DNA from: Thermoproteota archaeon
GTDB lineage: Archaea; Korarchaeota; Korarchaeia; B14-G2
Assembly (NCBI GenBank): GCA_037917675.1
Contig: JAVCBW010000037.1
Coordinates: 1 to 58,172 of the forward strand
Length of the DNA: 58,172 bases
Direction of reading: 5' to 3'
How positions within the stretch are numbered: position 1 is the stretch's first letter; each line of letters opens with the position of its first letter. Made by a program: the position numbers and the translations under genes. Below, piece after piece: positions 18,942-28,596 of the stretch. The notes below the pieces were generated by a model. The model ran no database searches. It was not told where the DNA came from and was given only the letters and a program-made list of their open reading frames with translations.

Positions 18942-19478
18942 GTGGCAGGGTTCGTAGTATGGATAACTGGGCTCCCAGCTTCAGGTAAGACTACTGTAGC
19001 TAGGCTGCTAGCTGAGCTCCTCAGGTCAAGAGGGCTTAAGGTCGAGCTCCTAGATGGAGATGAGGTGAGGAGGTGGCTTAGCAGCGACCTCGGCTTCACT
19101 AGAGAGGATAGAGAAAAACACTTGACTAGAGTAGCACACCTATGTAGGATCCTAGCTAGAAACGGGATAGCTGTCATAGCCTCATTTGTCTCACCCTACA
19201 GGGATACTAGAGCTAAGGTCAGGAGGATAGTTGAAGAGGAGGGCATCCCCTTCATAGAAGTATATGCTGAGTGCAGCCTTAGAGAGTGCATCAGGAGAGA
19301 CCCTAAAGGGCTCTATAAGAGGGCTCTCAGAGGCGAGGTAAGGAACGTGACTGGAATAGACGACCCATATGAGCCTCCAGACAGCCCTGATGTCAGAGTA
19401 GACACTGAGAGCAGGCCTCCAGATGAGGCTGCTGAGGAAGTCTTCAGGAAGCTCACAGCTCTCAGCTTAGTCAGGTAG
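18942..19478 (+). CDS. cysC: Adenylyl-sulfate (APS) kinase
   Basis: WITGLPASGKTT, LDGDEVR, SPYR, RDPKGLYKRA, TGIDDPYEPP. Confidence 0.96.
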   Translation: MAGFVVWITGLPASGKTTVARLLAELLRSRGLKVELLDGDEVRRWLSSDLGFTREDREKHLTRVAHLCRILARNGIAVIASFVSPYRDTRAKVRRIVEEEGIPFIEVYAECSLRECIRRDPKGLYKRALRGEVRNVTGIDDPYEPPDSPDVRVDTESRPPDEAAEEVFRKLTALSLVR

Positions 19479-19490
19479 CCTGGTGGTAGG

Positions 19491-21029
19491 TTGGCTAGCG
19501 AGCTAGCTGGAGACCTAGCTGGCGAGGCAGCTAGAGGAAGCTTCTACCTGACAGTCGGGCAGCTCTTCACACTACTCTTTGGAGCTGTAAGCGTCTTCAT
19601 CATCGCTAGAATGCTTGGGCCAGAAGGCTATGGCCTATACTCTCTAGCTCTCATACCAGCTAGCCTGCTAGTGCTTGGAACCCAGTGGGGGCTTAACATA
19701 GCCTTAGTCAAGTATAGCTCTGAAGCAAGAGAGAGGGGAGATACAGCTGCTGCATGCTCAGCTTTCAGGTGCTCCCTAGCCTTCAGGATAGTGGCAGGAT
19801 CTATGGGGACTGGGCTCTGCCTCATCTTCTCAAAGCAGCTTGCCCTATGGCTCCTCAATAGGCCTGAGGCATCTGGGCTAGTCAAGATAGCTTCAGCGCT
19901 CATACTAGCTCAGGCAGTCTTCTCGACAGCCTACATTGGGTTCGTTGGGCTAGGGAAGGCTGAGGGTAGTGCCATAGCTAACCTGATCCAGTCTGCCTCA
20001 AGGCTGATACTAGCTCCACTCCTGATAATCCTATTCAGTACAGCTGGAGCTGTAGCAGGGCATGTAGCTAGCTATGTCATAGGAGCTATAGCAGCTCTCA
20101 TAGGAGTCATTAGAGTGATGCCAGGTGAGGGGTGCAGCTTCTCACATGAGCTACTAAGGAGCATGCTAGCCTATGGGCTCCCAGTCTATGCTGCCAACCT
20201 GCTCCTAAGCTTCTCTAGCAGCTACCCTAGCATAGTGCTAGCTTGGTTTAGAGGAGACTTTGAGGTCGGGAACTTCAGTGCAGCTGTGAAGCTCATATAC
20301 TTCCTCTCAGCTGTAGCCATGTCCTTCTCACTAGCCATGCTCTCAGCTTTCTCCAGAGCCTCAGCTGGAGGCAAGGCTGAAGCCGTATACGGGTACTCAG
20401 TCAAGTACCTGACCTTAATCCTATTACCTCTAGTAGTCTGCACTTCAGCTGGAAGCAGGCTGCTAGTCAACCTGATATATGGTAGAGAGTATACTCTAGC
20501 TCCAAGAGTACTCTCCATCTACTCGCTTGCATACATGCTAGTTGGCTTAGGCTACCTAGTGAACCAGAGCTACTTCAATGGTAAAGGTGAGACAAGAGAG
20601 GTCTTCTGGATGAGCCTCGCATCACTAGCAGTCTTAGCTCCAGCAGCTCCACTGCTAGCTAAGCTATGGGGTGCAGCTGGAGTAGCCTTGAGCTTCGTAG
20701 CATCACAGGCAGCATCATGCCTAGTAGGATTCAAGAGAGCTACAGGAAAGTATGGTGCAGTATGGCTCAAAGGAGAGGTTGCGAGAGCCTATGCTACAGC
20801 CATCTTAGCAGCCCCCCTAGCTATAGCAGCATACCTTAACATGCTACTAGGCTACGTGCTGCTCCCACTCTATCTCCTAGCATATCTGACACTCCTACCT
20901 CTCATGAAGGCGATTAATGGAAGAGACATCGAAGTCATGGAGACAGCTACAGAAACCCTGCCAGTAAGCTGGGCTGTAAGGCCACTACTAAGATACCTGA
21001 GCTGGATCCTCAAGAGGATAAGCTCATAG
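19491..21029 (+). CDS. Oligosaccharide flippase (Wzx/MOP family)
   Basis: IARMLGPEGYGLYSLA, about 12-14 TM, EVGNFSAA, LIYGREY. Confidence 0.88.
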   Translation: MASELAGDLAGEAARGSFYLTVGQLFTLLFGAVSVFIIARMLGPEGYGLYSLALIPASLLVLGTQWGLNIALVKYSSEARERGDTAAACSAFRCSLAFRIVAGSMGTGLCLIFSKQLALWLLNRPEASGLVKIASALILAQAVFSTAYIGFVGLGKAEGSAIANLIQSASRLILAPLLIILFSTAGAVAGHVASYVIGAIAALIGVIRVMPGEGCSFSHELLRSMLAYGLPVYAANLLLSFSSSYPSIVLAWFRGDFEVGNFSAAVKLIYFLSAVAMSFSLAMLSAFSRASAGGKAEAVYGYSVKYLTLILLPLVVCTSAGSRLLVNLIYGREYTLAPRVLSIYSLAYMLVGLGYLVNQSYFNGKGETREVFWMSLASLAVLAPAAPLLAKLWGAAGVALSFVASQAASCLVGFKRATGKYGAVWLKGEVARAYATAILAAPLAIAAYLNMLLGYVLLPLYLLAYLTLLPLMKAINGRDIEVMETATETLPVSWAVRPLLRYLSWILKRISS

Positions 21030-21168
21030 AGCACATACATGCAGCATTCCTACAGCGTCAAGATGCCAGAGCTTATAGCCTGGAGACGCTACATACCAAG
21101 AGAGAGCCACCAAATAGAGGATTGATGAGGAAGCTCCTGGAGAAGGCTACTGCTAAGATACCTGAGCT
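20978..21168 (+). repeat. 26-bp imperfect direct repeat duplicating the flippase 3' end
   Basis: aaggccactactaagatacctgagct (20978-21003) vs aaggctactgctaagatacctgagct (21143-21168), 2 mismatches. Confidence 0.75.
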
Positions 21169-21310
21169 CTTTGAGGATTGCTGATCGATGAAGCTCTTAG
21201 CCTTAGGCCTGTCCTGGTCTTAGGCTAACAGCAACCCTATTGAGAAGCTTTATGCACCTAAGGATTCTATGGTAGCATCTGATCTCGTATCTCGACGTCA
21301 ACAGTGCATG

Positions 21311-22696
21311 CTAGCTGCCTAGCTTGCTTGGGTCTGCTATGGTAAGCCAGCATGTGTCAGTTAGGTTGATGTGTGATCTTTCAGGCAGCCAGCTTGGGAC
21401 TTCTATCTCCTGGGTTCTCGCCCAGAATAGGTATGTGCCATTCCAGTGTAGGAGGTAGAGGAATGGTGCTAGATCTAGGTCGTCTCCTAGCTCTGATATG
21501 TTGAGTGTTGGCCCTCTTGCTCTCAGGCTGAACATGAGGCTGATGCACTTTGCATCTGGACAGGCCTTTAGAACCTCTACTTCGAGTGTAGTTGGCTCTC
21601 CATCTGGCCCCAAGTCTACTTCTATGGTGGCCTTGTCTGCTAGGAGATCACATGCGATAAGCTCTCCTCTCCTATAGATGTAGAGGGCGTAGGCTCCAGG
21701 TGTCCTCGCAGGTTTGGCCTCGAAGGCCAGCTCTCCTCTAGTCCATGGGATGCTGTACTGTACTCCTGTTGAGATGAAGCCTGTTCTCCAGTATATTGTG
21801 TAGCTGCTGTCTGCTATGCTATAGCATAACCCCTGGTTTCTGTCTAGCTGAGCTACTACAGCTCCATCTGATGGCTGGTAGTATCTACCTAGCCTGATGA
21901 CAGCTACTCCTGTCTCCTCACTGAACTCTTTTATGAGCCAAACCACGTTGTACATGCCTGCTATCGGAAGCTCAGTTGGGCTAGCATCCCAGACTATATA
22001 CCAGCCTCTCTTCAAGCTTGGTGGGATACACCAGACATGTATCCTGGTGGTCTCATCTGCTCCAATCCATGGCCCCCTATACCTCCTCAGGATGCTATAG
22101 AAGTAGTAGACTGTAAGCTGGATGATGCTCCTCTCAGCCTCCTCTCTAAGAGACATGACTTCAAGAGCCCTCTGCCCCCTGACTAAGATGAGAGAGTTCA
22201 GCTCGATTTCACTGTAGTGTTCAGCTAGATACCTTGCTGCAGCAGTAGTGCCCTCTCTAGCTATGCCAGCAACCCAGATGACTACTCTGCCCTCTAGCTT
22301 GGATGCCAGCACCAAGCCTATATCAGGCTCCCTGAAAGCCCTCCTAGGCCTCTCGACGACGAGAATCCATCTCTTGCCAGAGTACCTGAACCCTACTCCA
22401 AGCTTGAAGTTGAGCTCTACAGCAGCCTTGTTCGCTGCAGGCCCACCTACAACAATCAGGCTCATGTCAGCTAGCTTAGAGAGATCAGAGTCTTCAGTCA
22501 CTCTCACGTCACAGCCAAGCTTGGCAGCCAGCTCAGCTAGCATCAAGGCAGCTCTATAGTCTGTTTCAGCTGCTCTGCTACCATAGACCACAGCCACACT
22601 CAGCCCTCTTAGCTCATCGAACACGCCTTGTGAGACTGCTGCACAGCAAACTGAGCCCAGAAAGACAGCTAGCATGAGCAGGGAGCTAGCCTTCAT
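21311..22696 (-). CDS. Secreted protein with an N-terminal S-layer-associated alpha/beta domain
   Basis: Signal peptide. VVYGSRAAETD, LIVVGGPAANK, VAGIAREGTTAAA resemble S-layer C-terminal-type domains. Remainder unrecognised. Confidence 0.6.
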   Translation of the reverse strand: MKASSLLMLAVFLGSVCCAAVSQGVFDELRGLSVAVVYGSRAAETDYRAALMLAELAAKLGCDVRVTEDSDLSKLADMSLIVVGGPAANKAAVELNFKLGVGFRYSGKRWILVVERPRRAFREPDIGLVLASKLEGRVVIWVAGIAREGTTAAARYLAEHYSEIELNSLILVRGQRALEVMSLREEAERSIIQLTVYYFYSILRRYRGPWIGADETTRIHVWCIPPSLKRGWYIVWDASPTELPIAGMYNVVWLIKEFSEETGVAVIRLGRYYQPSDGAVVAQLDRNQGLCYSIADSSYTIYWRTGFISTGVQYSIPWTRGELAFEAKPARTPGAYALYIYRRGELIACDLLADKATIEVDLGPDGEPTTLEVEVLKACPDAKCISLMFSLRARGPTLNISELGDDLDLAPFLYLLHWNGTYLFWARTQEIEVPSWLPERSHINLTDTCWLTIADPSKLGS

Positions 22697-22721
22697 ACCA
22701 CCACCTGAGACTCCATCAGCC

Positions 22722-23435
22722 TTATGGTATCACCTGAGATATCTTGACTAAGACTATGTGCCTGACAGCTGGTGTAACCTCCTTTACAGCTAGATAAGCA
22801 GCTATCTCAGGCATGCTCGCTAGAGAGGCCTCTCCTATGACCTTGGCTTCTGCTGCCAGCACTGGGTGGAGGCCTAGCTTGCTGAGCTGATTGATGAGAG
22901 CTGGTGTAGTGGGTTGAGCTAGCTCGACAGCTACTAGGATATAGGTTTCCTGTAGCCCCTTCTGCAGGTAGAGGTCTACTGCAGCCCTAGTTTCCACCCT
23001 AGTGTGGCCTGCTATGATAACATAAACCAGCACCTTATCTACAACCTCTACTATCCAGTATCCTAAGCTACCTGGCTTCATAAGCTCATCTATAGCCTCT
23101 CTAGGCAGATAGGCTGAGGAAAGGAGGCCTACACCCTCATAGGCTAGAGGCCCACCAAGTATCATGATAACATCAACTCTAGTGAGAGGGAACTTGGGAT
23201 AGAGATCAGCTGACACTATGCTCACATTCCAGTAGCCTAGCTTCTCTAGCGACCTCCTCAAGTAGACAGCTGCATCTAAGTCTACTGAGTTCGAGACTAT
23301 AAGCAGCCTAATATCCACCTTCTGTGGGCTAGCTGAAGCCAATAGTGATGCTAAGAGGACAGCTAGAGGCATGCAGGCTAGGGCCAGCCGCATAGAGAAT
23401 CTAAGTAGGCTTTGTATGTCAAGCTTGCCATGCAT
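22722..23435 (-). CDS. Secreted protein with a related S-layer/cell-wall-binding-like domain
   Basis: Signal peptide. VSNSVDLDAA, ILGGPLAYEGVG, IAGHTRVETRAAV. Confidence 0.6.
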   Translation of the reverse strand: MHGKLDIQSLLRFSMRLALACMPLAVLLASLLASASPQKVDIRLLIVSNSVDLDAAVYLRRSLEKLGYWNVSIVSADLYPKFPLTRVDVIMILGGPLAYEGVGLLSSAYLPREAIDELMKPGSLGYWIVEVVDKVLVYVIIAGHTRVETRAAVDLYLQKGLQETYILVAVELAQPTTPALINQLSKLGLHPVLAAEAKVIGEASLASMPEIAAYLAVKEVTPAVRHIVLVKISQVIP

Positions 23436-23671
23436 CTGACGAACCTTAGATGAGCTTCTGCAAGAGCCTCATCCTAGCTGCCTGAGCTGAAGACAGCTTG
23501 GCTTGAGGCTCTCCGAGAGTATCTGGTAGGAGAGCAAAATCGCATGGCAGGTGCTGCCATCAGAGCCTCACATAGCAACTCTAGCTAGCTCTAAAGCTCT
23601 GTTCAGTGGCTGCATAGACCTAAATACTTAAAAGGTAGGCTGGAGTAAGTAAAGCCTTAAGGTCATTTTCC

Positions 23672-26347
23672 ATGAGGAAGCTTGAGAAGCCTAAGTACGT
23701 GTACAGCTTTGAGGAAGGAAATGCTGGAATGAAGAGGCTGCTTGGAGGTAAGGGAGCTAACCTAGCTGAGATGACTAGGATAGGTGTACCTGTGCCACCT
23801 GGGTTCACGATAACAACTGAGGCTTGTATAGAGTACATGAAGCGTGGCCGAGAGTTCATGGATGAGATATGGCCTGAGGTCCTAGAGCAGATGAGGAAGC
23901 TTGAGGAGAAGACTGGAAAGAGGTTTGGTGGCAGAGAGAGGCCTCTGCTTGTCTCAGTGAGGTCTGGTGCACCAGTCAGCATGCCTGGGATGATGGACAC
24001 AGTACTGAACGTCGGGCTGAACGATGAGGCTGTCAAGGGGCTAGCCAAGCTAGGTGGAGAGAGGTTCGCCTATGACAGCTACAGGAGGCTGCTCTCGATG
24101 TATGGTAGCATAGTCATGGGTGTGCCGAGAGAGGATTTCGAGAAGCTGCTAGAGGAGGAGAAGAGGAGGTATGGCGTGGAGGCTGAAGCTGAGCTGCCAG
24201 CTGAGGCCCTCAAGGAGCTTGTCAGGGAGTATAAGAGGCTGATCAGGGAGAGGACTGGAAGAGAGTTCCCCCAGGATCCATTTGAGCAGGTTAAGATGGC
24301 AGTTGAAGCTGTGTTCAACTCCTGGAATGGGAGGAGAGCTGTGAAGTACAGGAGGATCCATGGGATCCCAGATGACCTGGGTACAGCAGTGAACATAGTT
24401 GCCATGGTATTCGGGAACATGGGCTGGAACTCTGGTACTGGAGTAGCATTCACAAGGAACCCTGCTACAGGAGAGAACAGGGTGTATGGAGAGTACCTGC
24501 CCAACGCTCAGGGAGAAGACGTCGTAGCTGGGATAAGGACGCCGATGCACATAGATGAGCTTGGGAGGAGGCACCCAGAGCTATACAAGCAGCTGATCGA
24601 CATATGCAGGAGGCTAGAGAGGCACTACAGGGACATGCAGGACATAGAGTTCACAGTAGAGCAGGGGAAGCTCTGGATCCTCCAGACTAGGACAGGAAAG
24701 AGGACTCCTCTAGCAGCTGTCAAGATGGCTGTTGACATGGCTGAGGAAGGGCTGATAACCAAGGAGGAAGCAGTCCTTAGGGTCTCACCGGAGGAAGTCG
24801 AGAAGCTGCTACATAAGCAGGTAGATCCAAATGCTAGAGTGAAGCCTATAGCTAAGGGGCTCCCTGCCTCACCAGGGGCGGCAGTAGGCAGGGTAGTCTT
24901 CGACTCAGATGAGGCAGAGGAGCTAGGTAAGCATGAGCCCATTATACTAGTGAGGCCAGAGACTACACCAGAGGATGTAGGTGGGATGGCTGCCTCACAG
25001 GGTATACTCACAGCTAGAGGGGGGATGACAAGCCATGCTGCAGTCGTAGCCAGAGGGATGGGTAAGCCATGCATAGTAGGATGTGAGGCCATGAGAATAG
25101 ATCTTGATAGAGAGGAGTTTAGGATAGGAGACATAGTAGTCAAGAAGGGAGACTGGATAACTATAGACGGCTCTGCTGGCGAAGTGATGCTAGGCAAGAT
25201 CCCTCTGATAGAGCCTAAGCCGACAGCTGAGCTCGAGAAGCTACTGAAGTTGGCTGATGAGATCAGGGACTTAGGTGTATACGCGAACGCAGACCTTCCA
25301 GCTGACATAGCTAAGGCAATAGAGCTTGGAGCTGAGGGCATTGGGCTAGCTAGAACAGAGCACATGTTCCTCGGAGATAGGCTGCCGATATTCCAGAAGG
25401 TGATCTTAGCTGAAACCAGGGAAGATAGAAGGAAGATACTGATGGAGGAGCTCATGCCGCTCCAGAAGGAAGACTTCAAGGAGATACTCAAGATAACAGA
25501 TGGCAAGAAGACGATAATAAGGCTACTTGACCCACCACTACACGAGTTCCTCCCGAACATGAGAGAGCTCTTAGTTGAAGTCGCTAAGCTGGAAGCTCAG
25601 GGCATAGAGGGGAGGGAGCTAGAGGAGAAGAGAAGGCTGCTCAAGAAGGTTGAGGCCCTCTATGAGTTCAACCCTATGCTAGGCTTCAGAGTATGTAGGC
25701 TAGGCATAGTCTATCCTGAGATCTATGAGGCTCAGATCAGAGCTATACTGGAGGCTGCAGCTGAGCTCAGGAAGCAGGGGCTGAACCCTAAGCCAGCCAT
25801 AATGATACCAGGGGTAATCCATAGGAGAGAGCTAGAGGAGCTCAAGAAGCTGGTCGAGAAGGTTGCAAGAGAGGTCTTCAAGAAGGAGGGAGTCAGAGTA
25901 GACTATGAGTATGGTACAATGATAGAGATGCCTAGAGCAGCTCTGACAGCAGATGAGCTAGCGGAAGTAGTAGACTTCTTCTCCTTCGGGACAAACGACC
26001 TAACCCAGACTGTGCTAGGGATGAGCAGAGACGACGCTGAGAGGAGGTTCCTACACGTCTACGTAGAGAAGGGGATATTATCAGAGAACCCATTCAAGAC
26101 ATTAGACATCAGAGGAGTAGGGCAGCTCATGAGGATCGCTGTAGAGAAGAGCAGGAGGGTGAAGCCGACTCTAGAGATAGGGATATGTGGAGAGCATGGG
26201 GGAGACCCCAAGTCAATAGAGTTCTGCCATAAGATAGGAATGAACTACGTGAGCACATCACCATTCCGCATACCAATAGCGAGGCTGGCAGCAGCACAAG
26301 CAAAGCTGAGACACGACGCTGCCTCCTCTAGCCATAGAGGCCAGTGA
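23672..26347 (+). CDS. ppdK: Pyruvate, phosphate dikinase
   Basis: LLGGKGANLAEM, SVRSGA.SMPGMMDT, GGMTSHAAVVARG (phospho-His), FSFGTNDLTQ, GICGEHGG. 891 aa. Confidence 0.97.
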   Translation: MRKLEKPKYVYSFEEGNAGMKRLLGGKGANLAEMTRIGVPVPPGFTITTEACIEYMKRGREFMDEIWPEVLEQMRKLEEKTGKRFGGRERPLLVSVRSGAPVSMPGMMDTVLNVGLNDEAVKGLAKLGGERFAYDSYRRLLSMYGSIVMGVPREDFEKLLEEEKRRYGVEAEAELPAEALKELVREYKRLIRERTGREFPQDPFEQVKMAVEAVFNSWNGRRAVKYRRIHGIPDDLGTAVNIVAMVFGNMGWNSGTGVAFTRNPATGENRVYGEYLPNAQGEDVVAGIRTPMHIDELGRRHPELYKQLIDICRRLERHYRDMQDIEFTVEQGKLWILQTRTGKRTPLAAVKMAVDMAEEGLITKEEAVLRVSPEEVEKLLHKQVDPNARVKPIAKGLPASPGAAVGRVVFDSDEAEELGKHEPIILVRPETTPEDVGGMAASQGILTARGGMTSHAAVVARGMGKPCIVGCEAMRIDLDREEFRIGDIVVKKGDWITIDGSAGEVMLGKIPLIEPKPTAELEKLLKLADEIRDLGVYANADLPADIAKAIELGAEGIGLARTEHMFLGDRLPIFQKVILAETREDRRKILMEELMPLQKEDFKEILKITDGKKTIIRLLDPPLHEFLPNMRELLVEVAKLEAQGIEGRELEEKRRLLKKVEALYEFNPMLGFRVCRLGIVYPEIYEAQIRAILEAAAELRKQGLNPKPAIMIPGVIHRRELEELKKLVEKVAREVFKKEGVRVDYEYGTMIEMPRAALTADELAEVVDFFSFGTNDLTQTVLGMSRDDAERRFLHVYVEKGILSENPFKTLDIRGVGQLMRIAVEKSRRVKPTLEIGICGEHGGDPKSIEFCHKIGMNYVSTSPFRIPIARLAAAQAKLRHDAASSSHRGQ

Positions 26348-26460
26348 GCCTGCTGTAGCCCTCGAGGCTCTCACACCTAACAGCAGCCTAAGAGCCGTAA
26401 GCTAGGCAGCTGGCCTCTAGGCTGGAAGCAGAGCTTGCTGCTGAGGAGGCTGCTACACCA

Positions 26461-27255
26461 TCAAAGCAGCCTCACAGTGTACTGTGATCTTCCAATGTGG
26501 TACTCTTCTGCCAGCTTTATGTACCTTACTTGCTCTGGTGTCCTAGGTATGCTCTCGTCCACTTGCCTTAGGAGGTCTAGTGCCAGCGAGTCTAAGGCTA
26601 CGGGGTCTGTGCTAGCTGCCATATAGCCTACTCTAGCTTCCCTTCCTCCATGCCTCAGCTCTTGTGCTCTGGTGAGAACCTGTATGGCATCTAGTATGGA
26701 TAAAGCTGGCTTCAGCATCGTGTTTATCTCTGCTATGCACTTGTGTATGTCTTTGAGCTTGAGGTGTGCTAGCATCCTGTCTCTCCTTGCTAGGAAGCCG
26801 AACTGGTTCTTGAGTGCTGCTGTGATCTTACACGTGAAGTGAGCCTTCAGGACAGGAAGAGAGAGTATGATGTAGCCTTCAGGTGGCATATGTACTCTTA
26901 GCTTGAAGCCTCTAGGCGACTTAACATCCACTCTCGACATGCTGTAGAGGTTCTCTAACGTCTTGTCGAACTCCCTACACACCTGGCTTAGTGGGTGAGC
27001 TGAAAGTATCTCTGCTGGGCTGCCTGCATCAAATGCTGGGCCATCAGCTACAATATACTCTACTCCAGCTCCCTCAAGAAACTCCAAGACAGCCCTTAGG
27101 GTATCTGGGTGTGTTGTAGTTGGGTATGGTTCCCAGGAGACCACGTTAGGCTTAACTAGGATGCATCTAGCCTCCTCTAAGATGCTTCTGTGAGCTCTCA
27201 GAGCAGCCTCCACAAACCCTGCCCTATCCTCTGTCTTCCTCAGATAGACTGCCAT
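26461..27255 (-). CDS. DUF362 family protein (putative Fe-S)
   Basis: ILVKPNVV, TTHP, LPVLKAH, ALKNQFG, STDPVALD. Confidence 0.85.
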   Translation of the reverse strand: MAVYLRKTEDRAGFVEAALRAHRSILEEARCILVKPNVVSWEPYPTTTHPDTLRAVLEFLEGAGVEYIVADGPAFDAGSPAEILSAHPLSQVCREFDKTLENLYSMSRVDVKSPRGFKLRVHMPPEGYIILSLPVLKAHFTCKITAALKNQFGFLARRDRMLAHLKLKDIHKCIAEINTMLKPALSILDAIQVLTRAQELRHGGREARVGYMAASTDPVALDSLALDLLRQVDESIPRTPEQVRYIKLAEEYHIGRSQYTVRLL

Positions 27256-27256
27256 G

Positions 27257-28108
27257 CTAGCGCCTTGGAGCAGGGCACTCTAGTAGGCATCTACCGCAGA
27301 GTGAGCCTACATCTGCTAGCTTCCTCACCCAGAAGTCCACCTTACCAGCTAGCTTTAGGTACTCGCTCATAGTCTCAGCTGGCTTCACACCTGTGAAGCT
27401 TAAGCCTAAGCTTACAGATGTCCTACACCTCCACTTTATGAGCTTACCATACTTGAAAACTCTGCCACCTATCGATGCCTCAACATGCTCTTGAGCTGAT
27501 ATGGCTTTAGCTGGGCAAGCTTCTACACAGGTCTTGCATCCTGGTTCGCATAGCGGCCTGCCAGAGTATAGGGGGTCTGGCTCTATATCAGCTGAAGTTA
27601 CCACTGTGGTAAGCCTCTGTCTTGGACCGTACTCTGGTGTCAGTAGGAGCCCACTCCACCCTAGCTCTCCGAGGCCAGCTGCTACAGCAGCATGCCTATG
27701 TGACATCACCCCAGAGAACTTGCTCCACATTGATGGCCAGCTAGCTGGTATAGGTAGAGACTTGAAGCCTGAGCTCTCAAGCATCCTAGCAACCTCTAGA
27801 GCTATCTTATCTAGGGTGCTGTTCAGCTCTCTATAGCCAAACAGCAGGTATGGGAGGTGGTAGCGTAGCTCTCTCAACACGTGAGCACGCCTGCTAGCCT
27901 CTATAACGCCCTCTGGTATCTTGACTGCTATAGATATCACTGTCTTAGCTTCCCTCATGATATCTGTAGGCCTATAGCCCTCTGGGGCAGCTAGCAGCCT
28001 TGAAGCTGGAGCAAAGCCTATGAGGTCAGCTCCAAGCGACTTAGCTAGCTGAGTAACCTCCTCCCTTAGCCTCATATGAAACCGGAGAGAAGAGCCTATA
28101 AAAATCAT
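27257..28108 (-). CDS. QueG/reductive-dehalogenase-like 2x[4Fe-4S] protein
   Basis: GADLIGFA, SHRHAAVAAGLGELG, TPEYGPRQRL, CEPGCKTCVEACP, CGRCLLECP. True start probably at the second Met (MRLREE). Confidence 0.8.
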   Translation of the reverse strand: MIFIGSSLRFHMRLREEVTQLAKSLGADLIGFAPASRLLAAPEGYRPTDIMREAKTVISIAVKIPEGVIEASRRAHVLRELRYHLPYLLFGYRELNSTLDKIALEVARMLESSGFKSLPIPASWPSMWSKFSGVMSHRHAAVAAGLGELGWSGLLLTPEYGPRQRLTTVVTSADIEPDPLYSGRPLCEPGCKTCVEACPAKAISAQEHVEASIGGRVFKYGKLIKWRCRTSVSLGLSFTGVKPAETMSEYLKLAGKVDFWVRKLADVGSLCGRCLLECPAPRR

Positions 28109-28173
28109 ATGCCCTATTGAGCAGTTTCTGAATAGGTAGATTCAATAGAAAACTGACTACCATTGTCTTATTG

Positions 28174-28348
28174 ATGTCTGAAAGGTTACGAAGAGCTGCT
28201 TAAGCTAAAAGATGTAGTGAGGATATTCAATATTTCTGTTAAGACTCTCTGGGAGTGGCAGGAGAAGGGCATTATTAAGGCAGTTAAGCTTCCAACTGGT
28301 AGGCTTAGGTATCCTAAGAGCGAGGTTGAGAGGCTTGGAGGCAGTTAG
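28174..28348 (+). pseudogene. Frameshifted MerR/excisionase-type (IS607 TnpA N-terminal-like) HTH gene
   Basis: YEELLKLKDVVRIFNISVKTLWEWQEKGIIKAVKLPTGRLRYPKSEVERL is open, but the ATG at 28174 is 1 nt out of frame. AT-rich context. Confidence 0.7.
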
Positions 28349-28596
28349 AAGCTACAGAATTCCAGTAAAAGCTCATGTTGAAGCTGGCACTGTATGGCCT
28401 TCAGTAGGCGACTATAGCTTACTGCTAGCATCCTCAGTAGGTGATAGGAGGTGCTAGAAGAAGGCTTCACTCGAGTTCTCCAGCAAGTGTGGAGAGCTAT
28501 TTGGATAGCAGCTCCCTGACCTCCCTTCTCTCCTCTTCGAGCTCCCTCACCTGCTCTGGGTCGATAGCATTTATTTGACATCTACGGTAGAGGTTT

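Noticed and set aside
16423-19478. Dissimilatory sulfate reduction locus
   Set aside because: APS kinase diverts APS to PAPS, and no aprAB, qmo or dsr genes are in the window.
24079-25560. Long antisense ORFs (up to 311 aa) opposite ppdK, and similar ones opposite AOR and the ABC genes
   Set aside because: Ser/Leu/Pro-rich shadow frames of strongly supported genes, with no motifs.
27257-28108. Calling this gene queG or a true reductive dehalogenase
   Set aside because: Only the shared core is visible. No Tat signal or RdhB anchor, and no queuosine pathway context.
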